Both the position numbers and the translations under genes were made by a program. A stretch of 64,000 nucleotides of DNA from Candidatus Heimdallarchaeota archaeon (GTDB lineage: Archaea > Asgardarchaeota > Heimdallarchaeia > Heimdallarchaeales > Heimdallarchaeaceae): the NCBI GenBank assembly GCA_019057375.1, contig DXJF01000114.1:32001-96000 (forward strand), given 5' to 3'. Position 1 is the stretch's first letter; each line of letters opens with the position of its first letter. Positions 29,098-39,218 of the stretch are shown in pieces. Under the pieces are notes generated by a model, which saw nothing but the letters and a program-made list of their open reading frames with translations, did no database searches and was not told the DNA's origin.

Positions 29098-30678
29098 TTA
29101 ATCCGCTTCATACCCTCCTCCACCTGGAGTCTCAATAATCACTATATCTCCCTTCTTAATTTCCTTAGTGACTTTAGATGGAAGACAAATTGATTCACCA
29201 TCTTGTCTCAAGATATTGCGACCTTTGGAACCAGTTCCTCCTCCCAGTAATCCAAATGGAGAATGTTCTCTTCTTTCACTTTGTATTGACAGTACGGCTT
29301 TTTGTGCTAACAACTCAACTGATCGACGAACACCATTACTCCCTTGCCATTTTCCTGAGCCACCAGTATTAGGTATAATTGAGTATTCATGTATTCGCAA
29401 AGGATAATATCGTTCTAGAACTTCTACTGAAGTATTCCTTGTATTGGTCATGTGACTGTGTTTTGCATGGGGAGGAGTGTAATCCTTTCCTGCACCTATA
29501 CCTCCAGCAATTGTTTCATAGTAAGTAAATTGAACACCTTTTGGGTTTATTCCTCCAATAATTATATTGTTCATTGTTCCACTACTTGCAGCTGGTACCG
29601 CTGTTGGGAAAAGTTGTGCAAAAGCACCTAACATAACATCAGTTATTCTTTGACTTGTTTCTACATTCCCTGCAGCTACTCCCGCGGGGGGAAGAGGATC
29701 AACTAAAGTTCCTTTTTTGGTTATAACCTCCAAAGTTTCATAGAGGCCATAGTTTGTTGCATAGTCTCTAGAAACTAAACAACGCAGAATGTAATATGTT
29801 GCTGAAAGTGTTACTGCATAGGGGGCATTGATGTTTCCTTCTACTTGAGAGTCGGTTTTACTATAATCAACAATAAGTTTTTCACCCTTTCTTTGCACTT
29901 CAGCCGTAATTGCAATTGGTTCTTCCGTCACCCCATCATTATCCATATAATCAGTATAGGCTACAATTTCATCCTCAGGAATGGTTTTCACAAGCTTTAA
30001 AGAAGCACTTCTTGATCTTTTATTCAAGAAATCTATTATTTTTTGAACCCTATCCAGAGAATATTTTTTCAAAAGAGCATGGAATTTTTTCTCACCAATC
30101 TTTGTAGAAGCTAATTGAGCTTGTATATCTCCTTTCCGTTCATTTGGAACACGAATATTGTCAAGAAAATAATCTAACCATTCTTGGTTTAAAATACCAT
30201 TTCTTTCCAGTATGGTTGGATCTATGACAAACCCCTCTTCTTCTAAAGTATACTTCCCACTGGGCATAGAACCGGGGACTACACCTCCAACGTCTGCATG
30301 ATGGCACCTATTTGCAATATACCCTACTAATGTTCTATCAAAGAAAATAGGTTTAACTACAGATATGTCTGGAAGATGTGTTCCACCCAAATAAGGATTA
30401 TTTGCAATGTAAATATCCCCATCCCTGATGTTATCCTCACCAAAATGCTTGATTAAAGCTTTAACTCCCTCTGGCATCGCACCAAGATGAACTGGAATGT
30501 GCTCTGCCTGAGCAATTAATCTACCTTTGTGATCCATTATAGCACTTGAAAAGTCTAATCTATCTCTTATATTTGGGGAAAAGGCTGACCGTTGAAGAAC
30601 GATTCCTGTTTCTAAAGCTACGTTCTTCAGTGACTGATTAATGACTTGTGCCTCTATGAGACTAAATTTAGAACTCAT
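29098..30678 (-). CDS. Hydantoinase B / 5-oxoprolinase subunit B
   Basis: SPNIRDRLDFS, HIPVHLG, NNPYLGGTHLPD, ETPGGGGY. Confidence 0.92.
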   Translation of the reverse strand: MSSKFSLIEAQVINQSLKNVALETGIVLQRSAFSPNIRDRLDFSSAIMDHKGRLIAQAEHIPVHLGAMPEGVKALIKHFGEDNIRDGDIYIANNPYLGGTHLPDISVVKPIFFDRTLVGYIANRCHHADVGGVVPGSMPSGKYTLEEEGFVIDPTILERNGILNQEWLDYFLDNIRVPNERKGDIQAQLASTKIGEKKFHALLKKYSLDRVQKIIDFLNKRSRSASLKLVKTIPEDEIVAYTDYMDNDGVTEEPIAITAEVQRKGEKLIVDYSKTDSQVEGNINAPYAVTLSATYYILRCLVSRDYATNYGLYETLEVITKKGTLVDPLPPAGVAAGNVETSQRITDVMLGAFAQLFPTAVPAASSGTMNNIIIGGINPKGVQFTYYETIAGGIGAGKDYTPPHAKHSHMTNTRNTSVEVLERYYPLRIHEYSIIPNTGGSGKWQGSNGVRRSVELLAQKAVLSIQSERREHSPFGLLGGGTGSKGRNILRQDGESICLPSKVTKEIKKGDIVIIETPGGGGYEAD

Positions 30679-32750
30679 TTTCTCTCCTCCATTATTATGT
30701 ATCCTAAATTGTTTACCCGCCCAATTACTGAAGGTGGAATTACAGTAGTTGTATCAAGTTGATCAATAATACATGGTCCGTCTAGAACATTACCTGATAG
30801 CAATTTTTGCTTATCATAAACTGGAATATTTATCCACTCTCCATCAAAATTAACACTTCGGTTTGTTTTAATCGCATCTTCAGGTGGATTTTCAGAACCC
30901 TTAGCTAACTTTGTGAATTCTATTCTTGGTACTTTACCAACTCCCCTTACAGATAAGTTTACTATCTCAACTATGAGTTCTTTATCAAACCAAGAATAAT
31001 TCTGATTATGTAACAACTGAAATTTTTCAGTTACAGATTCTAGTTGTTTTTTATCAATTGGGAATGTAACAGGTAAGGTTAGAAAGTCAGATTGACCCAC
31101 GTATCTCATATCTAAGGAATAATCAAAGGATTGATTTTTGCTTCTAACCTCTTCACTTGTAAGAACTTCTTTCAGATTTTCCTCGATTTCCTTAAGTTTT
31201 TCATTCATCTCAGTAAAATCTACTTCATCTTTAGTTTGAAGATAGGATTGTGTATGTTCGTGTTTAATGTCTGAACAGACAAGTCCAAAAGCTGACCAAA
31301 CACCAGGGAAGGGTGGAATAATAACACCGTCCATTTCAAGCTCTTGAGCTATTTCCCAAGCTTGTAGAGGACCAGCTCCACCAAACCCTAGCAGAGCAAA
31401 ATCTCTTGGGTCTAATCCTCTTTGTATTGTCACTACCCTGATTGCATTAGCAATGTTGTTGTTTAGTATCTTCCTGATAGATAATGCTAGTTCATCTACG
31501 GTCACTATTTCAAGAGGGAATGGTGATGACTTGATTTCATTTAATAGATTATTGAGTTGTAGAGTTGCTTTATCTTTATCTATATTCAAACTCCCTGCAA
31601 AATTATCTTGATGAACATAACCCAGATACAGATTTGCATCAGTTAAGGTTACCTTATCTCCTCCTAGAGAGTAGCACGCTGGACCAGGATTTGCCCCCTG
31701 AGACTCTGGTCCAACAGATAATAAACCATCTTTAAAGTCTGCAATTGATCCACCACCACTACCTATTGTTTCTACATCCACCATACTTGCAACTAGTGGG
31801 AAACCTCTAAATTCTCTTGATCTTAAAACAATTGGACCATTTATTAGAGCTGCAACATCAGTAGATGTTCCCCCTATATCAAGAGAAACTAAGTGCGTTC
31901 TGTTTAAGTGTTTAAGACTATCAGCTGCAGCTAAGACTCCACCCGCAAGCCCAGAATAAAGAGTTTGTATACCCGATTTACCTATCGAAACAACATCTGC
32001 CATTCCAGTATTGGATTGCATAATAAGTAGAGGAGATTCCACTCCTAGATTTATTAGCTTACTTTTCAATCTCGATAAGTATGAATTGACCACTGGGCTA
32101 ACTTTAGCATTAACGATTGTTGTAACAGCCCTTTCATACTCCTTGATTTGAGGACTTATCTCATGAGATGTAAAAACATTGTAACCCTTCTCCGAAAAAT
32201 ATTCAGCAACCCTCTTCTCATGTTCTATATTGAGAAAAGAAAAAAGAAAGGAGATGGCTAAGTTCTTAACTGACTTTGACTCAAACATCTGTAAAGAATT
32301 TTCCAACGAACGAAGATCAAGAGATTTGACAATCTTTCCATTACTATCAACTCTTTCTTCAACCTCGTAAAGAACATCTTTTTGAAAATTAACTGGATAT
32401 TTCTGATTGAATTTAAGATTATAGAGTTCTGACCTTTGTTGTCTTCCAATTTCAACTATGTCTTTGAATCCTTTTGTAGTTAGGAAAGCAATAGGGGGAC
32501 ATTTGTCCTCTAGAAATGCATTTGTTCCTATTGTTGTCCCATGAACAATCACTTCCACATCATTTTTTTGAAAGTGATGCTTTTCCATAATTTCGTTGAA
32601 ACCAAAGATTATACCCTCACTTGGATCAGTAGGAGTAGTAGGAGTCTTCCATGCAGAAATATGTCCGTTAGTTACAATAACATAATCTGTGAAAGTCCCG
32701 CCCGTATCAATTCCAATTCTAACTTGTGATGATAGATTGTCCCCGTTCAA
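30675..32750 (-). CDS. Hydantoinase A / 5-oxoprolinase subunit A
   Basis: IGIDTGGTFTD, HGTT, DIGGTSTDV, GPESQGANPGPACY, MRYVGQ. Confidence 0.92.
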   Translation of the reverse strand: MNGDNLSSQVRIGIDTGGTFTDYVIVTNGHISAWKTPTTPTDPSEGIIFGFNEIMEKHHFQKNDVEVIVHGTTIGTNAFLEDKCPPIAFLTTKGFKDIVEIGRQQRSELYNLKFNQKYPVNFQKDVLYEVEERVDSNGKIVKSLDLRSLENSLQMFESKSVKNLAISFLFSFLNIEHEKRVAEYFSEKGYNVFTSHEISPQIKEYERAVTTIVNAKVSPVVNSYLSRLKSKLINLGVESPLLIMQSNTGMADVVSIGKSGIQTLYSGLAGGVLAAADSLKHLNRTHLVSLDIGGTSTDVAALINGPIVLRSREFRGFPLVASMVDVETIGSGGGSIADFKDGLLSVGPESQGANPGPACYSLGGDKVTLTDANLYLGYVHQDNFAGSLNIDKDKATLQLNNLLNEIKSSPFPLEIVTVDELALSIRKILNNNIANAIRVVTIQRGLDPRDFALLGFGGAGPLQAWEIAQELEMDGVIIPPFPGVWSAFGLVCSDIKHEHTQSYLQTKDEVDFTEMNEKLKEIEENLKEVLTSEEVRSKNQSFDYSLDMRYVGQSDFLTLPVTFPIDKKQLESVTEKFQLLHNQNYSWFDKELIVEIVNLSVRGVGKVPRIEFTKLAKGSENPPEDAIKTNRSVNFDGEWINIPVYDKQKLLSGNVLDGPCIIDQLDTTTVIPPSVIGRVNNLGYIIMEERK

Positions 32751-32789
32751 AGTTATTCAGATTACAGAGAATCTGAACCAATTTAAAGT

Positions 32790-32912
32790 TTAGCGGAAAA
32801 CCATTTGACCGTTATAAAATTCAAATTTCTTCTGCTCTGCTTTATTCTCTAAGGTATACTTCCAATCCTTCTCAACTTTCTCCATTCTTGCTTTAGTCTT
32901 ATTTTCATTCAT
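32790..32912 (-). CDS. 40-aa small ORF with strong RBS (not in ORF track)
   Basis: AGGTGATAGATA-ATG; translates to MNENKTKARMEKVEKDWKYTLENKAEQKKFEFYNGQMVFR. Confidence 0.4.
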   Translation of the reverse strand: MNENKTKARMEKVEKDWKYTLENKAEQKKFEFYNGQMVFR

Positions 32913-33153
32913 TATCTATCACCTATACTACTCACTAATTCATCTAATTTCAGATGCTAGGCTCATGTCACCAGCAGTGACTTTCTCCCTGTATCCTACA
33001 AGTAAGCTAGATATAAAAACACCAAAAACAAATTGCGAAGAACTGTTGAAAGTTATACTAGTATTTTCTTAATTCTAGAAATTGTCAAAGAACAAGCATT
33101 AAAAATCAAATGTTCCCATTTTTACCATCAAAAATAATTCTGAGCTGAAATCG

Positions 33154-34149
33154 ATGCCATACTTTTTACGAAAAATCTGGAATGACTCAATCTTTCAAGG
33201 TAAGAACAAAAAACGGAATTACTTTGAAGGATGGTATTTCAAAATAATAAATTCTACAAAAGATGAGATTTATGCAATTATTCCTGGGATTTCCTATGAT
33301 AATAATGGAAATGGAATAGCTTTTGTTCAATTCTTTGATGGAATAAATGCAGAAACTACTTTCTTTGAATTCGATATCTCTGCGTTCAAGTTCTCAAAGA
33401 AGGAATTCGCTGTTGAAATCGGAGAAAACTATTTTAGCTCTGAAAAGATTAAACTCAGTCTATCTTCAGAGGGAAAAAAAGTGGAAGGAGAGATTGGAAT
33501 AGGAGAATTAGTACCTTGGTCTAAGAAGAAGTTATCTTTAGGTGTAATGGGTTGGTATAAGCTAGTTCCATTTATGGAATGCTATCACGGCGTTCTAGGT
33601 TTTGATCATTCTATTGAAGGAGAACTTTCAGTAGATGGAAAGAAAATCGATTTCACAAATGGCAAGGGGTATATGGAAAAAGATTATGGTAAAAGCTTTC
33701 CTCACTATTATATCTGGATGCAATCAAATACTTTCGATAAAGAAGGTGTTTCTCTCATGGCTTCATATGCAAAAATACCTTGGTTAGGTAATTCTTTTGA
33801 TGGCTATCTAGTAGGTTTTAGACACAATAAAGAACTATACAGATTTACAAATTATACTGGAGCAGAAGTTACCAAACTTCAACTAAAAGAAAAGGAGATT
33901 ATACTTCATGTCACTGATAAGAAGTATAGGGTTGAAATAACGGCTTTTAAATCCAAAGCAGTTAATCTTCATTCTCCAATTGATGGTTCTATGGTCGGAA
34001 GAATTTTGGAAAGTAATACTTCTGAACTTAAAGTTCGTTTAATCAAGCTCAGTAAAAAAGAGGGAGAAAGTATACTTTTTGAGGGAACTGGCAAAAATGC
34101 AGGTCTAGACATAGGTGGAAGGGTTGAAGAAATAAAGGAAATTCATTGA
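33154..34149 (+). CDS. Tocopherol cyclase-family protein
   Basis: YFEGWYFK, MECYHG, KGYMEKDYGKSFP..YIWMQSN. Confidence 0.8.
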   Translation: MPYFLRKIWNDSIFQGKNKKRNYFEGWYFKIINSTKDEIYAIIPGISYDNNGNGIAFVQFFDGINAETTFFEFDISAFKFSKKEFAVEIGENYFSSEKIKLSLSSEGKKVEGEIGIGELVPWSKKKLSLGVMGWYKLVPFMECYHGVLGFDHSIEGELSVDGKKIDFTNGKGYMEKDYGKSFPHYYIWMQSNTFDKEGVSLMASYAKIPWLGNSFDGYLVGFRHNKELYRFTNYTGAEVTKLQLKEKEIILHVTDKKYRVEITAFKSKAVNLHSPIDGSMVGRILESNTSELKVRLIKLSKKEGESILFEGTGKNAGLDIGGRVEEIKEIH

Positions 34150-34173
34150 AAACCTATCTTTTACCATAGAAAT

Positions 34174-34965
34174 CTAAATAGTTTTTATTGTATAGATAGC
34201 AGATAATGCTGCTAGCCAACTCGTTTTTGGGTTGGTTGGTGAAGGGTTGTTCTCGAAAAGGAAATTATATTTTCCAACTTCAGATTCAATTTCGATTGCA
34301 TGAATGTTCTTTGAAATCGATGGATCAGCGATTATTTCAACTAATGTTTTTTCAGGACCTAATGTTGAGAGAGCTAAGCGTGCAGCAACATTAATACTCC
34401 TTGGAAAATATGCAGCGGCTAGTTTAGCATTTCCTTTGAATATGACCACTGGTGAATGTTCGTTTAATTTGATGTTGTTTGATTCAATATAGCTGTTGTT
34501 CCTAAAGGCTCTGTTTGGTTTTCTAGTTTGGAGCTTAGCAGATTTTATGCCTACTAAGTTAATTGTTTCTACACTATCAAATCCACCAATAGCACCAGAG
34601 GGAAGAATAATGTTCTTTTTCTTTATTTCAGTTAATTTTTGGTATTTAGAAAATAAACCAGGGAAAGATACGAAAGCACCAATACTCATAGGAACGAAAT
34701 ATTTGCCACTTTTTATTATTTCATCAAATACTTCAGCTACTACTTGTTGAACTGCACATTCTACAACAATATCACAATCTTGGAAATCAGTTACATGTTG
34801 CATTAGTCTGATTGAAGGATGTTTTTCAGCAACATCTTTCATTTTTACATCGTCAATATCATATATAGCTTGGATGGTCAGATTTTCATTTGCTTCTTCA
34901 CTTACAGCATTCAGAATAGTAGTTCCTATGTATCCCAGTCCTATTAATCCTATCTTTTTTGTCAA
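34174..34965 (-). CDS. nadX: L-aspartate dehydrogenase
   Basis: IGLGYIG, VECA, PSGAIGGFD, FPRSINVAA, NPKTSWLAALS. Confidence 0.88.
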   Translation of the reverse strand: MTKKIGLIGLGYIGTTILNAVSEEANENLTIQAIYDIDDVKMKDVAEKHPSIRLMQHVTDFQDCDIVVECAVQQVVAEVFDEIIKSGKYFVPMSIGAFVSFPGLFSKYQKLTEIKKKNIILPSGAIGGFDSVETINLVGIKSAKLQTRKPNRAFRNNSYIESNNIKLNEHSPVVIFKGNAKLAAAYFPRSINVAARLALSTLGPEKTLVEIIADPSISKNIHAIEIESEVGKYNFLFENNPSPTNPKTSWLAALSAIYTIKTI

Positions 34966-34984
34966 TGAATCATGCTCCTGAACA

Positions 34985-35968
34985 TTATCTAATACTCTCG
35001 TAATCAGCTACCCAGTCAGATACTTCGTCTAATCTCTTTATTTCGTCTTCATCTAGTTTAACTTCTAAAGAAGCAACATTTTCTTCTAATTGCTCAACTG
35101 AATTAGCACCGATAATTGGGGCTGTTATGAAGTCCTTTGCTAGTATCCAAGCAATTGCAACTTGTGTCATCTTAACTTCCTTGCTCTTAGCAATTTCCTT
35201 TACTGTGTCATGTATTTTCCATCTCTTTTCAGTAAAGTATCTCTTCTGTGCCCCTTCACTTCTTGGAGTATCTGGAAGAGGACCATCAGAAGAATACCTG
35301 TCTGTTAGGAAACCACCAGCTAGAGGACTATAAGGAATGATACCAAGGCCAAATTTCTTGATTACATGTTCCATTTGATGTTCAACAAGCATTCTTCTGA
35401 CAATACTGTAGGGTGGTTGAACTGTTTCAAAACGAGCATATCCATTCTTTTCACTTACCCAGAAGGATTCTACCAACATCCAAGGATGTATATTTGATGC
35501 CCCTATGTAGTTTATTATTCCTTTTTCTACAAGTAGATTCATTGCATGTAATGTTTCTTCAATAGGTGTGTCATTATCAAAACTATGAATCTGATAAAGG
35601 TCAATCCAATCAGTTTGCAATCTCTTAAGACTATTAGTAATTGCTTGATGTACGTGTCTTCGTGATAATCCTCGATCATTAATATCGTCAGACATGGCAC
35701 CTCGAAGTTTAGTTGCAAGAATTAAATCATCTCTTGTACTCCTATCATTTAACCATCTTCCAATTATTTCTTCAGTTTTACCTGCATGGCTGTTTTCAGC
35801 CCAGTAACTGTAAACATCTGCAGTATCAAAACAATTGATACCTAATTCTAGAGCCCTATCCATTATCTTAAATGACTCTTCTTCGTCTACTCTCCATCCC
35901 ATTTGCATAGTTCCAAGAACAATTGGTGATATCTTTACACCTGTTGTTCCCAATCTTCTGTATTCCAT
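34985..35968 (-). CDS. Aldo/keto reductase
   Basis: FDTADVY, SLKRLQTDWIDLYQIH, YIGASN, YSPLAGG, PIIGA. Confidence 0.93.
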   Translation of the reverse strand: MEYRRLGTTGVKISPIVLGTMQMGWRVDEEESFKIMDRALELGINCFDTADVYSYWAENSHAGKTEEIIGRWLNDRSTRDDLILATKLRGAMSDDINDRGLSRRHVHQAITNSLKRLQTDWIDLYQIHSFDNDTPIEETLHAMNLLVEKGIINYIGASNIHPWMLVESFWVSEKNGYARFETVQPPYSIVRRMLVEHQMEHVIKKFGLGIIPYSPLAGGFLTDRYSSDGPLPDTPRSEGAQKRYFTEKRWKIHDTVKEIAKSKEVKMTQVAIAWILAKDFITAPIIGANSVEQLEENVASLEVKLDEDEIKRLDEVSDWVADYESIR

Positions 35969-36012
35969 AATGAAAGTTAATACAAGTTAGTTAAAAGAAT
36001 TGTTTTTCTCTT

Positions 36013-36279
36013 TTAAATAGAGAATATTTTTTTAATTGTAACTAGAATCTTTGTTAGAAGAGTTTCTTGCTTTTCTCCTTTTACTGCTTCTTTTGCCCAG
36101 TAATCTTGTCTATTATGAACTAATCTGTGTTCACCTTTACAATGTGGGTGTAATGGCATTTTACATTTATTACATATTGCCCAAGTTGCACCACAAGTCT
36201 TTTTTCCCGAATCTAAAGATTTCCCACAATGTCCACATTTTCCCATTAATGGCATAGATGGATATGCAACAACATACAC
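36013..36279 (-). CDS. Small Cys/His-rich zinc-finger protein (B-box/AN1-like spacing)
   Basis: CGHC-x8-C-x5-CNKC-x4-H-x2-C-x3-H-x3-H. Confidence 0.55.
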   Translation of the reverse strand: MYVVAYPSMPLMGKCGHCGKSLDSGKKTCGATWAICNKCKMPLHPHCKGEHRLVHNRQDYWAKEAVKGEKQETLLTKILVTIKKIFSI

Positions 36280-36299
36280 TTATCAATATAACGCAAAGA

Positions 36300-36791
36300 T
36301 TAGAGGTTTATTATCACATCTTTTGCTCTCTTTCCGCTCATGTATTCAATATCGATTTTTCCTATAGTAACTCTAGTAATAGATTTCTCTGTTAATTGTG
36401 CCTTTTCAACTTCTTCTGGTTTATTATCTAGTTTTCTTATCACGGCTTGTAAAGCAGTTTTCTTCTCCTCAAAATCTTCAATGAATGTAACTTTTCCTTT
36501 GAATTGAGTTGTAGCATAAAGATGATCACAAGAACCTTGAACGTAACCTTCATCCATAAGCGCTTGCCCCCAGATAATGTTGTTTTTCTTAAGAATATCA
36601 ATTTTCTTCCCCTCGCCAGCACAATGGAAGTAAATACGATGTTGCTCAGAATCATAAACATGACTTAAGGTTACTAAATAGGGAACATTGTCTTCACACA
36701 TAGCAATAGTTATGTGCTTAACTGTTTGGAGAATATATTTCATCTCTTCAATACTTTCTATTGCTTTTTCTTTACGTCTCATACCTCTCAT
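36300..36791 (-). CDS. Pyridoxamine 5'-phosphate oxidase-like flavin-binding (NimA-like) protein
   Basis: MRRKEK, PYLVTL, IYFHCAGEGKK. Confidence 0.85.
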   Translation of the reverse strand: MRGMRRKEKAIESIEEMKYILQTVKHITIAMCEDNVPYLVTLSHVYDSEQHRIYFHCAGEGKKIDILKKNNIIWGQALMDEGYVQGSCDHLYATTQFKGKVTFIEDFEEKKTALQAVIRKLDNKPEEVEKAQLTEKSITRVTIGKIDIEYMSGKRAKDVIINL

Positions 36792-36855
36792 TTGAATGTC
36801 ACTTGAAGAAAAAAATCTTCATACGTTATATCTTTTTGGTATAGGAGAAGAGAGT

Positions 36856-36935
36856 GAAGCTAGCGGAGAAATGCAGGGGGTGGAAGCAATGCGGAGGTGG
36901 AAGTCACCAGGCAGATATATTAGCTAGCTTCAGAA
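36856..36935. repeat. Dispersed ~80-nt repeat bounded by GAAGCTAGC inverted repeats (copy 2)
   Basis: Collinear conserved blocks with 19081-19166. Confidence 0.7.
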
Positions 36936-37015
36936 TAAATACTTGTTTTATGCTTAAAAACCTAAAAGGAAGAATTACTAATTAAAGGCAAGGAGTAACT
37001 AAAAGAAAGAAAAAT

Positions 37016-37123
37016 TGGAGCCCAGAGCGTGATTTTCAATGCTCAGAACGCATCTGAAACAGTTCTTGAACACGCGACAACTGGATCTTCAGTCCAGCGC
37101 TCTCCCAGCTAAGCTATCTGGGC
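37016..37123 (-). tRNA. tRNA-Phe(GAA) with 32-nt intron in the T-loop (probably 59/60)
   Basis: GCCCAGA/TCTGGGC, CTGGA-CTGAAGA-TCCAG, T-stem GCGTG/CACGC enclosing 39 nt. A 4-bp TTCA/TGAA helix is flanked by AGA and AAT bulges (BHB). Confidence 0.9.
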
Positions 37124-37570
37124 ATCCATGTCTTAACCTTTTTCTTCTTCTTTCCAATAAAAGTTTTTTGATAAAGAGAAGAAAGTAGATTTGGCAGTAG
37201 TGAAGGAATTTTTTGAATTGAAGTTCTTGTAAGATGTTTTGTATATGATTCAGCTGTATCTACATCATATCATCAATATTTTATTTAAACTCATAAATAA
37301 TCTAAAAAAGTTCTAGTTGCAAACCTAAATGAAATCATCTAACCCCGCTTGTTTCTTGGTTCTCTTGTTTGTTTCATATTTGCGAGATTAATTTTCTCTT
37401 TGTAAAGTGTGCTGTCCACTTTTTACACTATTATCGTCAGAAAAGTGGGAAAAACAAGAGCCTACCGATTTCAAACAAGTTTGTAGATTATTAAAAGTCG
37501 GTAATGTTTAATTGTGAAGTTTAATCCCTCAATATAAAAATATGTTTTAAAATCTCAGCTGAAGTAAAAT

Positions 37571-38200
37571 TTAATCTAAAGGCGTGTTCTTATACACTTT
37601 TCGATATTTTATCTTTTGATACTTGCTCCTAATAAACCAAATTCCCCTTTTTATAACGCCTAAAAATGTATCTTCTTCAATGTTATAGATTAGTAGTTTC
37701 CATCTTTGATCAGTACGTTTTCCCCCAAATAACAGTAAGATATTTCTTTCTTTGTCTTTATATCCTAAATAACTTCCAAATATTGCTAATGTTCCTTCTT
37801 CCCAATTTTCAACTTCTTTAACTAAATCAAATACAAAAGCCTTTGAGTGATTTTGACCTGAATCTAAGGGAAATTCATAGTTTATCAAAGCTGGAACCAA
37901 TGTTTGAGCTACATCCTTCTTCCTTTTTGAATAATAAGGATGAACATTTATTACAAGAGACAAATCCATTACAGTACTTATCTCTCCTGAATTTCTAAAG
38001 AGAAGTTTAATCCTACAACCTGGAGGTTTATTTTCTCTAATTATGTACGGTTGTTCAACTCTAACTTTTGATATGTAAATACGCGGTTGAGGTTGTGTTC
38101 TTCTTCTAGCATATAGGTAGTTCAACAATGCAAAAGATGTAGTTATTATTAGTGCTGCTATTGCTATTGACTCAGATCTCAACCATACCATATTTATCAA
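37571..38200 (-). CDS. Hypothetical single-pass membrane protein
   Basis: N-terminal TM, then a beta-rich region with FRNSGEIST; architecture like 45797-46414. Confidence 0.6.
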   Translation of the reverse strand: MINMVWLRSESIAIAALIITTSFALLNYLYARRRTQPQPRIYISKVRVEQPYIIRENKPPGCRIKLLFRNSGEISTVMDLSLVINVHPYYSKRKKDVAQTLVPALINYEFPLDSGQNHSKAFVFDLVKEVENWEEGTLAIFGSYLGYKDKERNILLLFGGKRTDQRWKLLIYNIEEDTFLGVIKRGIWFIRSKYQKIKYRKVYKNTPLD

Positions 38201-38249
38201 ATATCTAGTTATTAATTTCTTATTTAATCTTTTTCAGTACTTCTCATGG

Positions 38250-39086
38250 TTATTTTTTCTCAAAAAACTCACTTAGGACTTTTCTTAATCTTTTTTCTAC
38301 TTCATCACCTATTAATTTTGCTTGCTTTTTCTCATATTTGTATTCATCAATTTCTTTTTCTTCAGTCGAACTAGTTGGAGAAATTGATGAATATCTTCCT
38401 TCCTCTAAACTCCTATAATACTTGATTTCTTCTTTTAAACGATTGGAAAGCTCTATTTGTTCAGGTATTTCTTCTATTGCACCTAAGGTCTTTTCTTCAT
38501 TAAATTTTGAACAATATTCTGATTCAAACTGAAATTTCCTTCTTGTATGGTCTTCTATTTCTTTCCTATCGAATATCAAATGTCTACAATCTTCAGATAG
38601 AACTGCTATTCCATTTCCTATGCAGAAATCAACTCTCCTACTTGCTTCTGAAATATCTTTTTCTTCTGATTGAATCAGAGGTATTGCCCAATTTATCAAT
38701 CCAATAATGCTTTCTTTATCAGCAATAATGTTATCATAATATGGGTCATTACGAGTATAGTAAGATTCACCTAAATCTAGATTATGTTTACAAATTCCTT
38801 TACACTCACTAAAAAAGGGACAAAAGATTGTCTTAAGTGCTTCTCGGTTTAACTTTGTTATTTCTTTATCATTCATCCAAATCTTAGTGGATTTCCAAGT
38901 ACCTATGATATCAATAAGTTGTTTCAAATCATTACTTGCTTCTGAAAAATAGATATTGTAAAAATTTTCATCTTCGGTAGAATCATTATCTTCAATAATC
39001 TTGAGTGCATCAGGATAAGAATCGCTTCTAGATACTTTTGTAATTCTTAATTTTATTCCTTTATTATTTGTTTTTTCTGTTTCCAT
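38250..39086 (-). CDS. Hypothetical protein
   Basis: 278-aa ORF with a small Cys cluster (CPFFSECKGIC); no family recognised. Confidence 0.6.
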   Translation of the reverse strand: METEKTNNKGIKLRITKVSRSDSYPDALKIIEDNDSTEDENFYNIYFSEASNDLKQLIDIIGTWKSTKIWMNDKEITKLNREALKTIFCPFFSECKGICKHNLDLGESYYTRNDPYYDNIIADKESIIGLINWAIPLIQSEEKDISEASRRVDFCIGNGIAVLSEDCRHLIFDRKEIEDHTRRKFQFESEYCSKFNEEKTLGAIEEIPEQIELSNRLKEEIKYYRSLEEGRYSSISPTSSTEEKEIDEYKYEKKQAKLIGDEVEKRLRKVLSEFFEKK

Positions 39087-39218
39087 TCTATCACTAACTA
39101 TATTTTCTTGGTCTTTTTATACTTTCTTTCTTCTCTCCTTACTGAAACTCTGTCTAGATGGGTCCTTCCAGCACTATTTCTACATAGATTTTTATAATTT
39201 GCTTCTATATGACATCTA

